Shown here one piece after another: positions 1 to 8,872 of a stretch of 64,000 nt of DNA. Positions within the stretch are counted from its first letter, which is position 1, and each line of letters starts with the position of its first letter. The stretch lies in the NCBI GenBank assembly GCA_033551855.1, contig JAWSUI010000011.1, forward strand, positions 1-64,000. Reading direction: 5' to 3'. The notes under the pieces are model-generated. The model made no database searches. It was not told where the DNA came from and saw nothing but the letters and a program-made list of their open reading frames with translations. This DNA comes from Deferrisomatales bacterium. Its GTDB lineage: Bacteria; Desulfobacterota; Deferrisomatia; Deferrisomatales; JACRMM01. Both the position numbers and the translations under genes were made by a program.

Positions 1-15
1 TTTACGAAACACTCC

Positions 16-270
16 TCAGCCTTGCGGCCGCCAGTAAGGGGCCGGGAATTGCTGTACCGATGCCGCAAAATCGAAGTCCGGAGCTTCGGTGACCCGGTTC
101 CGCTCCCACCGCTCCCGGATGATCCCCTGCTGTTTGTCCGCCGTATCAGGGGCGAAGCAACGCTCGCCGGTCTCCTCGTTAACCCTCGCCGGAACATGTT
201 CGACGATGATGATCTCCCCCTCCACCTCCAACGTGTAGGTCACCAGCCGCTCTTCCCATACGTCGCTCAT
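16..270 (-). CDS. YgiT-type zinc-finger/antitoxin-like small protein (possibly decaying)
   Basis: MSDVWEERLVTYTLEVEGEIIIVEHVPARVNEETGERCFAPDT matches the YgiT-type pattern (VTY..e..G.iiiVe.VPA.V...GE..F). ATG at 270 overlaps the toxin remnant upstream. Confidence 0.7.
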   Translation of the reverse strand: MSDVWEERLVTYTLEVEGEIIIVEHVPARVNEETGERCFAPDTADKQQGIIRERWERNRVTEAPDFDFAASVQQFPAPYWRPQG

Positions 271-360
271 CGCGACGCCTACTCGTGCGGGACTCGATCC
301 GAAGGCTCGGATCCGGCTCATACACCGTGATGATCTACACCAGCGGCCGCGAGGGATAGG
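267..360 (-). pseudogene. C-terminal remnant of a DUF4258-family (RelE-like) toxin
   Basis: Minus-strand frame reads YPSRPLV*IITVYEPDPSLRIESRTSRR, resembling the DUF4258 C-terminus. It has an in-frame TAG and no N-terminus; the transglutaminase stop is at 374. Confidence 0.65.
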
Positions 361-373
361 GATCCCAAGGGGC

Positions 374-1075
374 TCACGTCGTGACCACCTCCTCGGTCTC
401 GAACCGCCGGGGTCGGAGCGCGTCTCCGCGCTCGAGGGCCTCGACCCAGCCCTCGACACGGCTCGCCCCGTAGGTCCGCTTCCAGGCGGCCAGCAACTCG
501 GCGAGCGGCACGTCGTCGTACGTCCCGTGAAAGGCCACGTACTCCATGAACTTCCGGTTCTCGAGGTTGTAGGGCTGGAAGACCGAATCGGCGCGGCCGT
601 CGAACTCCAGGGGCTCCACGCGGTGGCGTGCGCACAGGGCCGCGTTGAAGGCCGGGGTGGCCTTCACCCACCGGCCTTCCAGGAAGAGCTCCACGACCCC
701 GTGGAAGACGAAGAGGTCGCTCCCCAAGAAATCCAGGAGCTGGCGCGTGGCCAGATGGTTGCGGACCGTCGCGAAGGCGAGGCGGGAGGGTATGCCCACC
801 CCCCGGGCCAGGGCTGCCAGCAGGGAGGCCTTCTGGACGCAGTAGCCGCGGCCGGCGGCGAGCACCCAACTCGCCCGGTAGTGTTCGGGTTTGTAGAAGG
901 GAGAGTAGGGGTCGTACCAGATCCCGTCGCGCACTGCGTAGTACAGGGCCACGGCCCTGCCCAGCGGGGTGGCGGCCTCGGCGGTCTTCGCCCTGCCGAA
1001 GGCCGCCACCGCCGGGTGGTCGAAGTCGAGCGTGGGAGTGGGGGCCAGGTACTTGGGGTCCACGGGCTGGGTCAC
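374..1075 (-). CDS. Transglutaminase-like cysteine protease family protein
   Basis: GYCVQKA (Cys), FVFHG (His), GRWVKATPAF and YAVRDGIWYDPY motifs. GTG at 1075 is preceded by GGAGG. Confidence 0.85.
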   Translation of the reverse strand: MTQPVDPKYLAPTPTLDFDHPAVAAFGRAKTAEAATPLGRAVALYYAVRDGIWYDPYSPFYKPEHYRASWVLAAGRGYCVQKASLLAALARGVGIPSRLAFATVRNHLATRQLLDFLGSDLFVFHGVVELFLEGRWVKATPAFNAALCARHRVEPLEFDGRADSVFQPYNLENRKFMEYVAFHGTYDDVPLAELLAAWKRTYGASRVEGWVEALERGDALRPRRFETEEVVTT

Positions 1076-1654
1076 GGTGTCCTCCGAGGGGAACGGGTTG
1101 GGCCACGGTCTCGGGATTCTTTTCGAATCCCCGGGGCCGCCTCCGGCGCCGGCAGTCGGACCGGCACCCCTGCAAGGGCGGGGGCGCCAGGATACCACCG
1201 GTCGTCGGGCGTGCCACGAGTTCATCTCGTCTTCGGTCCACGGGTGGTCGGCGCGCGGAAGAGGCAGGCCTCTCGGACGCGGGCCCGAGCCGGGGCCGTT
1301 CCGCGCGGGGCGGCGGGCACGGGTGGTGCTGCCGGGTTCCGCCCTTCGTCGTGTGCGCCCTACCGACTTCCCCTGCATCGATTCGCCCCGATCTTTTTGG
1401 AACAATTCAATATTGCCCAAGAAGCGAGGGGGCTGAACGGCAATAAGGGAACCGAGCCAAATCCCCCCTTACAGCTGCCCCCCTTTCTCGCGGCACGGAG
1501 GGTCGAGGGTTGAGATGTTCTTCCTCCCCGTGATCTCGCTGCGGGTCGAGTTCGACGCACTGAAGGCCTTGGGGGGGGGGTGGATAAGGTCCTGGCTGCT
1601 GACTCCGAATGCAGGGATCGAAGAGTTGATTCTCGTTTTTTGTAGGACTACCCC

Positions 1655-1683
1655 TTGCGCCGATTTGTGTCCTTAGCTATAAA
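1655..1683 (+). promoter_or_regulatory. Putative sigma70 promoter of mucR
   Basis: TTGCGC-N17-TATAAA in an AT-rich stretch, about 45 nt upstream of the ATG, with AAGGAG RBS downstream. Confidence 0.45.
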
Positions 1684-1727
1684 GGGAAACCGTCGCTCAT
1701 GAACCTTCTTCCGAAGGAGAGACTTGG

Positions 1728-2189
1728 ATGGACAAGAGACTGCTGCTCCAGATGACGGCCGACATCGTCGCCTCCCATGCCTCCATGAACGAGTTGAGCC
1801 AAGCGGACCTGTTGGCCGAGATCGATCAGGTCTATGCCAAGCTGGCCGGCCTGTCCGGAGGGGTCGAAGGCGAGGGCGAGCTCGCCGTGGAGATCGCCTC
1901 CGGGGAGACAGAGACACTCAAACCGGCGGTGCCCCTGGATGCCGCCTTCGGGGCGGACAAGGTCTTCTGCATGGTGTGCGGCAAAGGAATGAAGACCCTG
2001 AAGCGCCACATCGCAACGGCCCACGACATGAAGCCGGGCCAGTACCGCCGAGCGTTCGGCATCCCTGCCGGCACCTCGCTGGTGGCGCGGGAGTACTCCG
2101 AGGCCCGCAAGCGGATGGCCAAGGACCTGAACCTGGCCGAGCGGCTGGTGGAGGCGCGCGCGGCCCGGGGGAAGAAGAAAAAGAAGTAG
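1728..2189 (+). CDS. Ros/MucR family transcriptional regulator
   Basis: TADIVASHAS N-terminus, zinc finger CMVCGKGMKTLKRHIATAH, and YRRAFGIP..LVAREYSEARKRMA. Confidence 0.92.
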   Translation: MDKRLLLQMTADIVASHASMNELSQADLLAEIDQVYAKLAGLSGGVEGEGELAVEIASGETETLKPAVPLDAAFGADKVFCMVCGKGMKTLKRHIATAHDMKPGQYRRAFGIPAGTSLVAREYSEARKRMAKDLNLAERLVEARAARGKKKKK

Positions 2190-2500
2190 CCTGCCCGGCG
2201 GGGTGCGGGGCCCGAGGGGCGCGCCCTCACCGATTCCGGGAACACCCCAGGGTCCCTCCCTCAGCGTTCTGCCGATGCCCGGCCGGGGTTTCCCGAGCCG
2301 GGCATCTCTCGCAGGGCGCTGAAGAACCCACTCCGTGGGTTTATCGCTACGGGTTGACGCTCCCGGTCCCGGGGCTCGCTCTCCGGGCGCGCCGACGGCG
2401 CGTCGGGCGACCCACCACATCTCGCCGGCAACAACTTGCGGACATCCCACTTCCCTCGGACCGGCCCTTCCGTCGTGTTTGCGGTGCCGCAGGCTCGGGC

Positions 2501-3283
2501 TTTCTCAGCCGGGAGGAGACCTTTCTGTGTGTCGGCAACCGGCCTCCCGCCAACATGAAGGTCAAAGCGGGCGCGAAGAAGGATGGCACTCTGACCGCCC
2601 TCGAGTTCATTGCCACGGCGACCGGAGGCGCCTATCCGGCCGGCGGAACATCGATTCTCGACTGGCTGGTCCGTGAGCTGTATCTCTGTCCCCATGTGCG
2701 ATGTGAAACCACCGATATATTCATCAACGCAGGACCGGCGCGCCCCTTCCGCGCACCCGGGCATCCGCAGTGTTGCAGTGTCCACCCATCGGATGTGGTG
2801 CCTGCGCTGGTCGCGTTGGTTGCCGCTGTGCAGATCCGTGGCCCGCTGGGGGCACGCACTGTGCCGGTCGCCGAGCTCCATGTCCCCCCGGGCGCTGACC
2901 CGCTTCGGGAAACCTATCTCGAGCCCGGCGAGGTCGTCACGGCCATCCAAATTCCGGCCCCGCCTCGGGGACTGCGCAGCAGTTCTCGCAAGGTGCGCGC
3001 CCGCCAAGCCTGGGACTTCGTCGTGGCGGGCTTGGCTCTGGCCCTGGCCGTGGACCAAGACGGCGTCCAGGATGCGCGGGTCGTGCTGAGCGGCGCAGCC
3101 CCGGTGCCCTGGCGAAGCCGGGAAGCCGAAGAAGCGCTCAACGGTCGGCGCCTCACCGTCGAAGTCGCCGTTCAGGCAGCCGAGTCGGCTATGGCCAAGG
3201 CCGAGGCCCTGGAACACAACGCCTATAAGATTCCCATGTTCGAGGGGTTGATCCAGGAGGAGCTACGGAAGCACGTGAGCTGA
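2501..3283 (+). pseudogene. Chimeric remnant: xanthine dehydrogenase-family Mo-binding subunit fragment fused in frame to the C-terminal half of the FAD-binding subunit
   Basis: LSREETF..GNRPP..GAKKDGTLTAL..TGGAY..PFRAPGHPQC (Mo subunit interior) runs directly into VHPSD..PALVAL..RKVRARQAWDF..ARVVLSGAAPVPWR..NAYKIP (FAD subunit). Neither N-terminus is present. Confidence 0.8.
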
Positions 3284-3401
3284 CGTGTTCAAGCCCTTCT
3301 GTCGGGTGCGGATCCGGGAGCCGAGGGGTCGAGTAGAGCACTTCGCCGGCCGGTGAGCGCTCCGCTGTCTTCGGGGATCTCGACCGGGGAGGTGCGGCGC
3401 G

Positions 3402-4185
3402 ATGGGCAAGGACATCGTGGTCTTCCTGGAGGTGCTGGAGTGGTTCGACCCCTCGGGCCGCGAGGCGGCCCACCGGCTTCCCCGGCGGGGGTCGGGCGAG
3501 CTCAAGCTCGGCCCGAGGGTGATCGTGCGCGACAGCCAGGCGGCGGTGTTCTACAGGGGAGGAGTAGCCTGCGACGCCCTGGGGCCGGGCCGCCACACCC
3601 TGGTGACCAAGAACGTCCCGCTCCTCACCCGGTTCGTCGGTGAGTCCTCGAGCCTCGTCCTGGCCCCCTACAGCGCGGAGCAGCGGGCGGCCGGCCGGGG
3701 CGTACGGTACTTCCCCTTCCGGGAGTCTGAACTTTCGCGCCCAGGGGATTCCGGCGCGCAGCCGCGCCGAGCTGCGTCGCCGGGCCGTCTCGTACCAGAC
3801 GCCTCTCCCCGGGTGGGAGCGCCAGCCCTGCCTGCTCTTGTTGCCGGGCTTCAAGCTCCAACCCCGGACCTTCCTGAGGCTCGCGCGGCTCGTGAGCCTT
3901 TCCCCCCTGGAGATCCCGTCCGAACCCGGCCTCTTCGGGGAGCCCTTCGAGGCCGAGCCGGTGCGCGTACCCGTCGCCGAGGCGGCTCAGGCGCTGGACG
4001 TGTTGCTGGCAGAGCTCTCCGGCGGGCGGCCCCCGGGGAGGTCTCCCGCCCCCGCCCCGCCCGCCCGCGTCCGGCGTGCCCGTCTCGTCTACCTCCCGTT
4101 TCACCGCCGCCGAACCGAATGGGTGGAGGAGCTCACGGGCACGGCGCTGCCGGCGGCGGCTGTGGAACACGGCAGCCGGCTGTAG
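3402..4185 (+). pseudogene. Truncated SPFH/band-7 (YdjI-like) gene joined to a frameshifted fragment of a second gene
   Basis: FLEVLEWFDPSG..GSGELKLG..IVRDSQAAVFYRGG..DALGPGRHTLVTKNVPLLT is an SPFH N-terminus that ends after about 80 aa. Protein-like sequence then continues in another frame (..LVYLPF..EELTG..) to 4185. Confidence 0.65.
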
Positions 4186-4480
4186 CCCCCCCTGTGCCGG
4201 GCTCGGCCGGTGTAGCCCGAGGCGCGATGGGTGCCGGGTGACCCGCGAAGCGCGACGGCGGAAGGGTGGGGCGTTTCGTGTTTCGATACTCGAGCACCCG
4301 GCATCGCCACGTCCGGAGATCCCAGCGCTCAGGGGTCGAGCGTTGACGCTCCTCCCAACGTGCCCGGTTCGGCGAGGTGCGTGAGGGCACGTGTCGCGGG
4401 GGACGTTGACACAGTGGAATCGATCCTGTTAAGCAGGGCGCACCTTCCCTGACCCGCATCCGGCGGGAGAGGAGCCACGC

Positions 4481-5758
4481 ATGGCGTCCCCCCGGGGACT
4501 CGTGACCCTGATGGGCTCGGGTGAGCTGACCGCAACCATGGTGGAGGTCCACAAGGAGCTGCTGGGGCGGCTGGGGGTGTCCCCGCGGGCCGTGTTCCTC
4601 GACACCCCGGCGGGGTTCCAGCTCAACGTCGGGCAGATTGCGGAACGGGCGGTGGAGTACTTCCGTCGGAGGGTCGGCCATCCCCTGGGGGTGGCCTCGC
4701 TCCGCCGCGCGGGGGATCTGGCCACCTACGAGGGCGAGCACGCCCTGGGAGAGCTCCGGCACGCGGACTACGTGCTCGTCGGCCCCGGAAGCCCGACCTA
4801 CGCTGTGCGTCACTGGCAGGGGACGGCGGTGCCGGAGATCCTTGCCCGGCGGGTGGAGGAAGGGGGGTGCCTGACGGCTGCGAGCGCGGCGGCTCTCACC
4901 GTGGGGCGGCTCACCCTGCCGGTGTACGAAATCTACAAGGTGGGCGAGGACCCCCGATGGGTTCCGGGGATCGATCTGCTGGGGCGGTTCGGCCTGCACC
5001 TCGCGGTGGTGCCGCACTGGAACAACGCCGAGGGCGGGACCCACGACACCCGGTTTTGCTACGCCGGCGAGGCCCGTTTCGAGCGGCTCCAGGGCCTCCT
5101 CCCGGAGGACGTGGCGGTGCTGGGAATCGACGAGCACACCGCGTGCATCCTGGACCTGGCGGCGTGGACCGGCGAGGTCCGCGGCATCGGCCGGGTCACC
5201 ATCCGAGGGGGGGGCAGGGAGCGGGTCTTCCCCAAGGGGGCTCGATTCGACCTGTCGGCCCTGGGAGAGCCCCTGGCCGGGCACCGGGAGGCTTCGCCCA
5301 CCCCGGCGCCGCCCGCATCCTCCCCCTCGGGGGTCGGGGAACAGGAGCCGTCCGACTCCTTCTGGGGGGAGGTGCACCGGTTGGAGCGGAACTTCCACGA
5401 AGCCCTGGAGCAGCGCGACCCGCGAGCCGGCGTCGAGGCGGTCCTGGACCTCGACCGCCTCCTCTGGGCGGCCCAGAGGGACCTGGCGGGGGACACGGAG
5501 ATCTCCCAGGGCAGGGAAACGCTCAGGGAGTTGGTGGTTCTGCTGGGTGAGGGCGCGGCTTCCTCTCGAGGCTCCGCGGCGGAGCTCCTGCCCCGCCTGC
5601 TGGACGGTCTCCTGGCCCTCCGGGAGCACTGGCGCCGGGAGGGCTGCTGGGCCGAGGCCGACGGCCTGCGCGAGCAGCTCCTTGCCGTGGGAATCCGAGT
5701 GGAGGACACCCCCGAAGGGGCCCGATGGTCTCTCTCCTCCGGCCGCCACAAGCCGTGA
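4481..5758 (+). CDS. Peptidase S51/cyanophycinase-like (class I glutamine amidotransferase-like fold) protein with a C-terminal CysRS-like domain
   Basis: LMGSGE, LDTPAGFQLN, GPGSP, AASAAA (Ser nucleophile elbow), VVPHWNN and GIDEHTA. The C-terminus WAEADGLREQLLAVGIRVEDTPEGARW resembles the CysS C-terminal domain. RBS GAGGAG. Confidence 0.8.
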   Translation: MASPRGLVTLMGSGELTATMVEVHKELLGRLGVSPRAVFLDTPAGFQLNVGQIAERAVEYFRRRVGHPLGVASLRRAGDLATYEGEHALGELRHADYVLVGPGSPTYAVRHWQGTAVPEILARRVEEGGCLTAASAAALTVGRLTLPVYEIYKVGEDPRWVPGIDLLGRFGLHLAVVPHWNNAEGGTHDTRFCYAGEARFERLQGLLPEDVAVLGIDEHTACILDLAAWTGEVRGIGRVTIRGGGRERVFPKGARFDLSALGEPLAGHREASPTPAPPASSPSGVGEQEPSDSFWGEVHRLERNFHEALEQRDPRAGVEAVLDLDRLLWAAQRDLAGDTEISQGRETLRELVVLLGEGAASSRGSAAELLPRLLDGLLALREHWRREGCWAEADGLREQLLAVGIRVEDTPEGARWSLSSGRHKP

Positions 5759-5801
5759 CGGGAAGGCTCGGGTTGCGGCGGCGAGGCCGTCGGGGGGCAT
5801 C

Positions 5802-6902
5802 GTGATCGGGCGCCCGGTGGGACGGCCGTGCCAAAGAGGGGGCGAGGGGTACTCCGTCACGGAGCTCACGGTGGAAGAGCTGCGGGCTCTGTGGCGCCAT
5901 CGGAGGACGGACCTTGACTGGAACTGCCTGTTCGTCCTCCCGCCGTGGCTCGGGGCGTGGCTGGGCACCCTGGGCGCGGGGGAGAGGCCGCTGCTTCGTG
6001 CCGTGTGGCGGGCCGAGACGCTCCTCGGTGTCGCCCCCCTGCTGTGTCGTGGGGATACGGTCCGGTTTCTCGGAAGCCCGGACGTGTGTGACTACCAGGA
6101 TTTCGTGCTCGCCCCCGGGGGGAGGGCAGGGGAGAAGGACGCAGAGCGCTTCTTCCAGGTCCTCCTGTTCCACCTGCGAGAGTCGGGGGTGCGCCGGGCG
6201 GACCTCGGTCCGGTCCGGCCGGATTCGGCGGCGCGCCGCGGGCTGCGGGCCGCGGCGGAGCGGGAGGGGTGGGCCGTCTCCTGGGAGCCCGAGGGAGTGG
6301 CCGCGGAGCGGGACCTTCCGCCCACATGGGAGGCCTTTCTGGAGGGGCTGGGAAAGAGGGAACGCCACGAGGTGCGCCGCAAGCTCCGGCGCCTCGAGGA
6401 GGCGGGCGGCGGCCGGTTCCGCCGCGCTCCCACCGAGCCGGCGGGAAGCGCGGGGGAGGGTGCCGAGCGGTTCCTGGGTCTCCTCTCCGGGTACCGGGCG
6501 GACAAGACCGCGTTCCTGGACCCCGCGCGGCGGGCCTTCTTCCGGCAGCTCCTCGCGGAAACCGCACGGGAGGGGCTCCTGAACCTGGGTTTTCTCGATG
6601 TGGAGGGAGAGACCGCGGCGGGTGTCTTGTGCTTCGACTACCGCGGCACGACCTACCTGTACAACAACGGGTACGACCCCCGTTGGGAGAGCTTGAGCGT
6701 GGGGATCCTGAGCAAGGTCTGGAGCATACGGGACAGCATCGCCCGCGGGATGCGCCGGTACGACTTCCTGAAGGGCGACGAGGAGTACAAGCGGCGGCTC
6801 GGCGGCCGCCGGGTTCCCCTAGCCCGTTGCCGTCTCTCCCTGTCGGGGGCGGGAAGCCCTCCGGCCCGCTCCGGGGCGAAGGGTGGAGGGGCACCCCGGT
6901 GA
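5802..6902 (+). CDS. GNAT-family protein of CelD/BcsL (Acetyltransf_6, FemAB-like fold) type
   Basis: FVLPPWL..W, FLGSPDVCDYQDF, LPPTWEAFLEGLGKRERHEVRRKLRRL, YLYNNGYDP, SVGILS and RYDFLKGDEEYKRRLG. Start is approximate. Confidence 0.85.
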   Translation: MIGRPVGRPCQRGGEGYSVTELTVEELRALWRHRRTDLDWNCLFVLPPWLGAWLGTLGAGERPLLRAVWRAETLLGVAPLLCRGDTVRFLGSPDVCDYQDFVLAPGGRAGEKDAERFFQVLLFHLRESGVRRADLGPVRPDSAARRGLRAAAEREGWAVSWEPEGVAAERDLPPTWEAFLEGLGKRERHEVRRKLRRLEEAGGGRFRRAPTEPAGSAGEGAERFLGLLSGYRADKTAFLDPARRAFFRQLLAETAREGLLNLGFLDVEGETAAGVLCFDYRGTTYLYNNGYDPRWESLSVGILSKVWSIRDSIARGMRRYDFLKGDEEYKRRLGGRRVPLARCRLSLSGAGSPPARSGAKGGGAPR

Positions 6903-8161
6903 AACGCTCTCCCCGGCGCATCGCGATGCTGACCCTGCACTCCAGCCCCTTCGGCGAGCTCGGCGCCCGGGACACCGGGGGTATGAGCGTGTACGTGCGG
7001 GAGCTCGCGTGGGAGCTCGGGCGAAGGGGGTGCCGGGTCGATCTCTTCACACGGCGGGGCCCGGCGGGCCCCGACACCGTCCGCCCTGCAGGGCCCAACG
7101 TGCGCCTCGTGCCCTTGGACGGTGGCGGGCGGGAGGACGACGGGAAGCTGGGGCTGTACCCGCGCCTTCCCGAGTTCTTGCGCTCGCTGGAGGCGTTTCG
7201 GGCCGCCGACGGCGGGGACTACGACCTCGTGCACAGCCACTACTGGCTCTCGGGTTGCCTGGGGGCGGCGGCGGCGGCGCGGTGGGGCGCCCCCCACGCG
7301 GTGACCTTCCACACCCTCGGGGTGGCGAAGAACCGATCCGGGTGCGGAGAGCTCGAGCCCGAGCTTCGCCTCTCCGAGGAAGAGGCGCTGGCGACGGGCT
7401 GCGACAGGGTGCTGGCGCCGACCTCCCGGGAGAGGGAAATGCTGATCCGGTACTGCGGGGCCCCGCCGCGGCGGGTGGCGGTCGTCCCCTGCGGTGTGCG
7501 CCTCGACCGGTTTCGCCCCCTGGACCGCCGGGCGAGCCGGGAGCGGCTGGGTCTCGCCGCGGAGGACCGGGTCCTGCTGTACGTGGGGCGGTTCAGCCCG
7601 GTCAAGGGCGCCGAGCGCCTCCTGGAGGCGTTTGCGGCCATGGGGCGGGGGCCGCGAACGCGCCTGCTCCTGGTGGGGGGAGACGGGCCGGGCTCCCCGT
7701 CCACCGCGGCGCTCGAGCTTCGGGCCCGTTGCCTGGGCATCTCCGGGGAGGTGTCCTTTCTCGGCCGGGTGGACCAGGGGGAGCTCCCGACCCACTACAG
7801 CGCGGCGGACCTCCTGGTCCTCCCGTCCTACTACGAGAGCTTCGGCCTGGTTGCCCTCGAGGCCCTGGCGTGCGGAACCCCGGTGGCGGCCACGCGGGTG
7901 GGGGTCGCCGCGGATCTGCTGGATCCTTCCGTGAACGGCCTGCTGCTCGAGGGGGACCCCGGGGCTCTCGCCCGCGGTCTGGAGGAGGCCCTCCGGCGGG
8001 CCCGGGCAGGTGCCTGGCCCCGGTCCGGCGTGCGGGCCTCGGTCTCGGTCTACGGCTGGGACCGGGTCGCCGACGCGGTCCTGCGGGAGTACCAGGATCT
8101 GGCCGCGGCGCAGGCGATGGGGGAATCGTGCCCCGTGGCGGCCTCGGGGGGTGAGCCGTGA
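6899..8161 (+). CDS. GT4 glycosyltransferase, MshA-like
   Basis: HSSPFGELGARDTGGMSVYV, HSHYWLSG, TFHTLG, VGRFSPVKG and PSYYESFGLVALEA. The GTG start overlaps the upstream stop (GTGA). Confidence 0.9.
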   Translation: MKRSPRRIAMLTLHSSPFGELGARDTGGMSVYVRELAWELGRRGCRVDLFTRRGPAGPDTVRPAGPNVRLVPLDGGGREDDGKLGLYPRLPEFLRSLEAFRAADGGDYDLVHSHYWLSGCLGAAAAARWGAPHAVTFHTLGVAKNRSGCGELEPELRLSEEEALATGCDRVLAPTSREREMLIRYCGAPPRRVAVVPCGVRLDRFRPLDRRASRERLGLAAEDRVLLYVGRFSPVKGAERLLEAFAAMGRGPRTRLLLVGGDGPGSPSTAALELRARCLGISGEVSFLGRVDQGELPTHYSAADLLVLPSYYESFGLVALEALACGTPVAATRVGVAADLLDPSVNGLLLEGDPGALARGLEEALRRARAGAWPRSGVRASVSVYGWDRVADAVLREYQDLAAAQAMGESCPVAASGGEP

Positions 8162-8853
8162 GCCCGGAGTGCCACGCGATGGTCATCGTCGCGCACCCGG
8201 ACGACGCCGAGTTCGGGTGCGCCGGCACGGTGGCCGGCTGGACCGCCCGGGGGAAGCGGGTCGTCTACGTGGTATGCACCGACGGCGAGAAGGGCACCGC
8301 GGACCGGTCCGTGCACCCCTCGGACCTCGGACGCCTCCGCCGGGAGGAGCAGCAAGCGGCGGTCCGGGTCCTGGGGGTGGCCGAGGTCGTCTTCCTGGGC
8401 TACCCGGATCAGGGCCTCGAGGACTGCCCCGAACTGCGAAAACGGCTGGTTCGGGAGCTTCGGGCCCACCGGCCGGCGATCGTCCTCACCTCCGATCCCT
8501 ACCGCCGCTACCTCTGGCACCGGGACCACCGGATGATCGGCCAGGCGGTGCTCGACGCGGTCTTCCCCTACGCGAGGGACCACCTCGCCTACCCGGACCT
8601 CCTGGCAGAGGGCCTCGAGCCCCACAAGGTCCAGGAGGTCTGGCTCTTCGGGTCCCGGGAGCCCAACCACCGGGTCGACGTGGTGCCCACCTTTTCGGCC
8701 AAGCTCGCGGCCTTGCGCTGCCACGAGAGCCAGGTCCGGGAGCTGGGCATCCCGGACCTCGAGGGCTGGCTCCGGGAGCGGTGCCGGGGCATGGCCGGGG
8801 ACTCGGGGTACGAGCTAGCCGAGGCCTTCCACCGGGTCGTCGCGCCAGGGTAG
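8158..8853 (+). CDS. PIG-L/LmbE family N-acetylglucosaminyl deacetylase (MshB/BshB/Mca-like)
   Basis: VAHPDDAEFG, CTDGEKG, RREEQ, HRDH and KLAALRCHESQ. GTGA overlap with the glycosyltransferase. Confidence 0.92.
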   Translation: MSPECHAMVIVAHPDDAEFGCAGTVAGWTARGKRVVYVVCTDGEKGTADRSVHPSDLGRLRREEQQAAVRVLGVAEVVFLGYPDQGLEDCPELRKRLVRELRAHRPAIVLTSDPYRRYLWHRDHRMIGQAVLDAVFPYARDHLAYPDLLAEGLEPHKVQEVWLFGSREPNHRVDVVPTFSAKLAALRCHESQVRELGIPDLEGWLRERCRGMAGDSGYELAEAFHRVVAPG

Positions 8854-8872
8854 CCTCGGCGGGAGCGGCGGC

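Noticed and set aside
1724..2500. 5' part of the 519-aa ORF 1724-3283 as a real protein
   Set aside because: It overlaps mucR out of frame and is low-complexity. Only 2501-3283 has recognisable domains.
4406..4434. TTGACA-N17-TTAAGC as the promoter of the thiol-like operon
   Set aside because: The -35 is perfect but the -10 is poor; plausible, but not enough to call.
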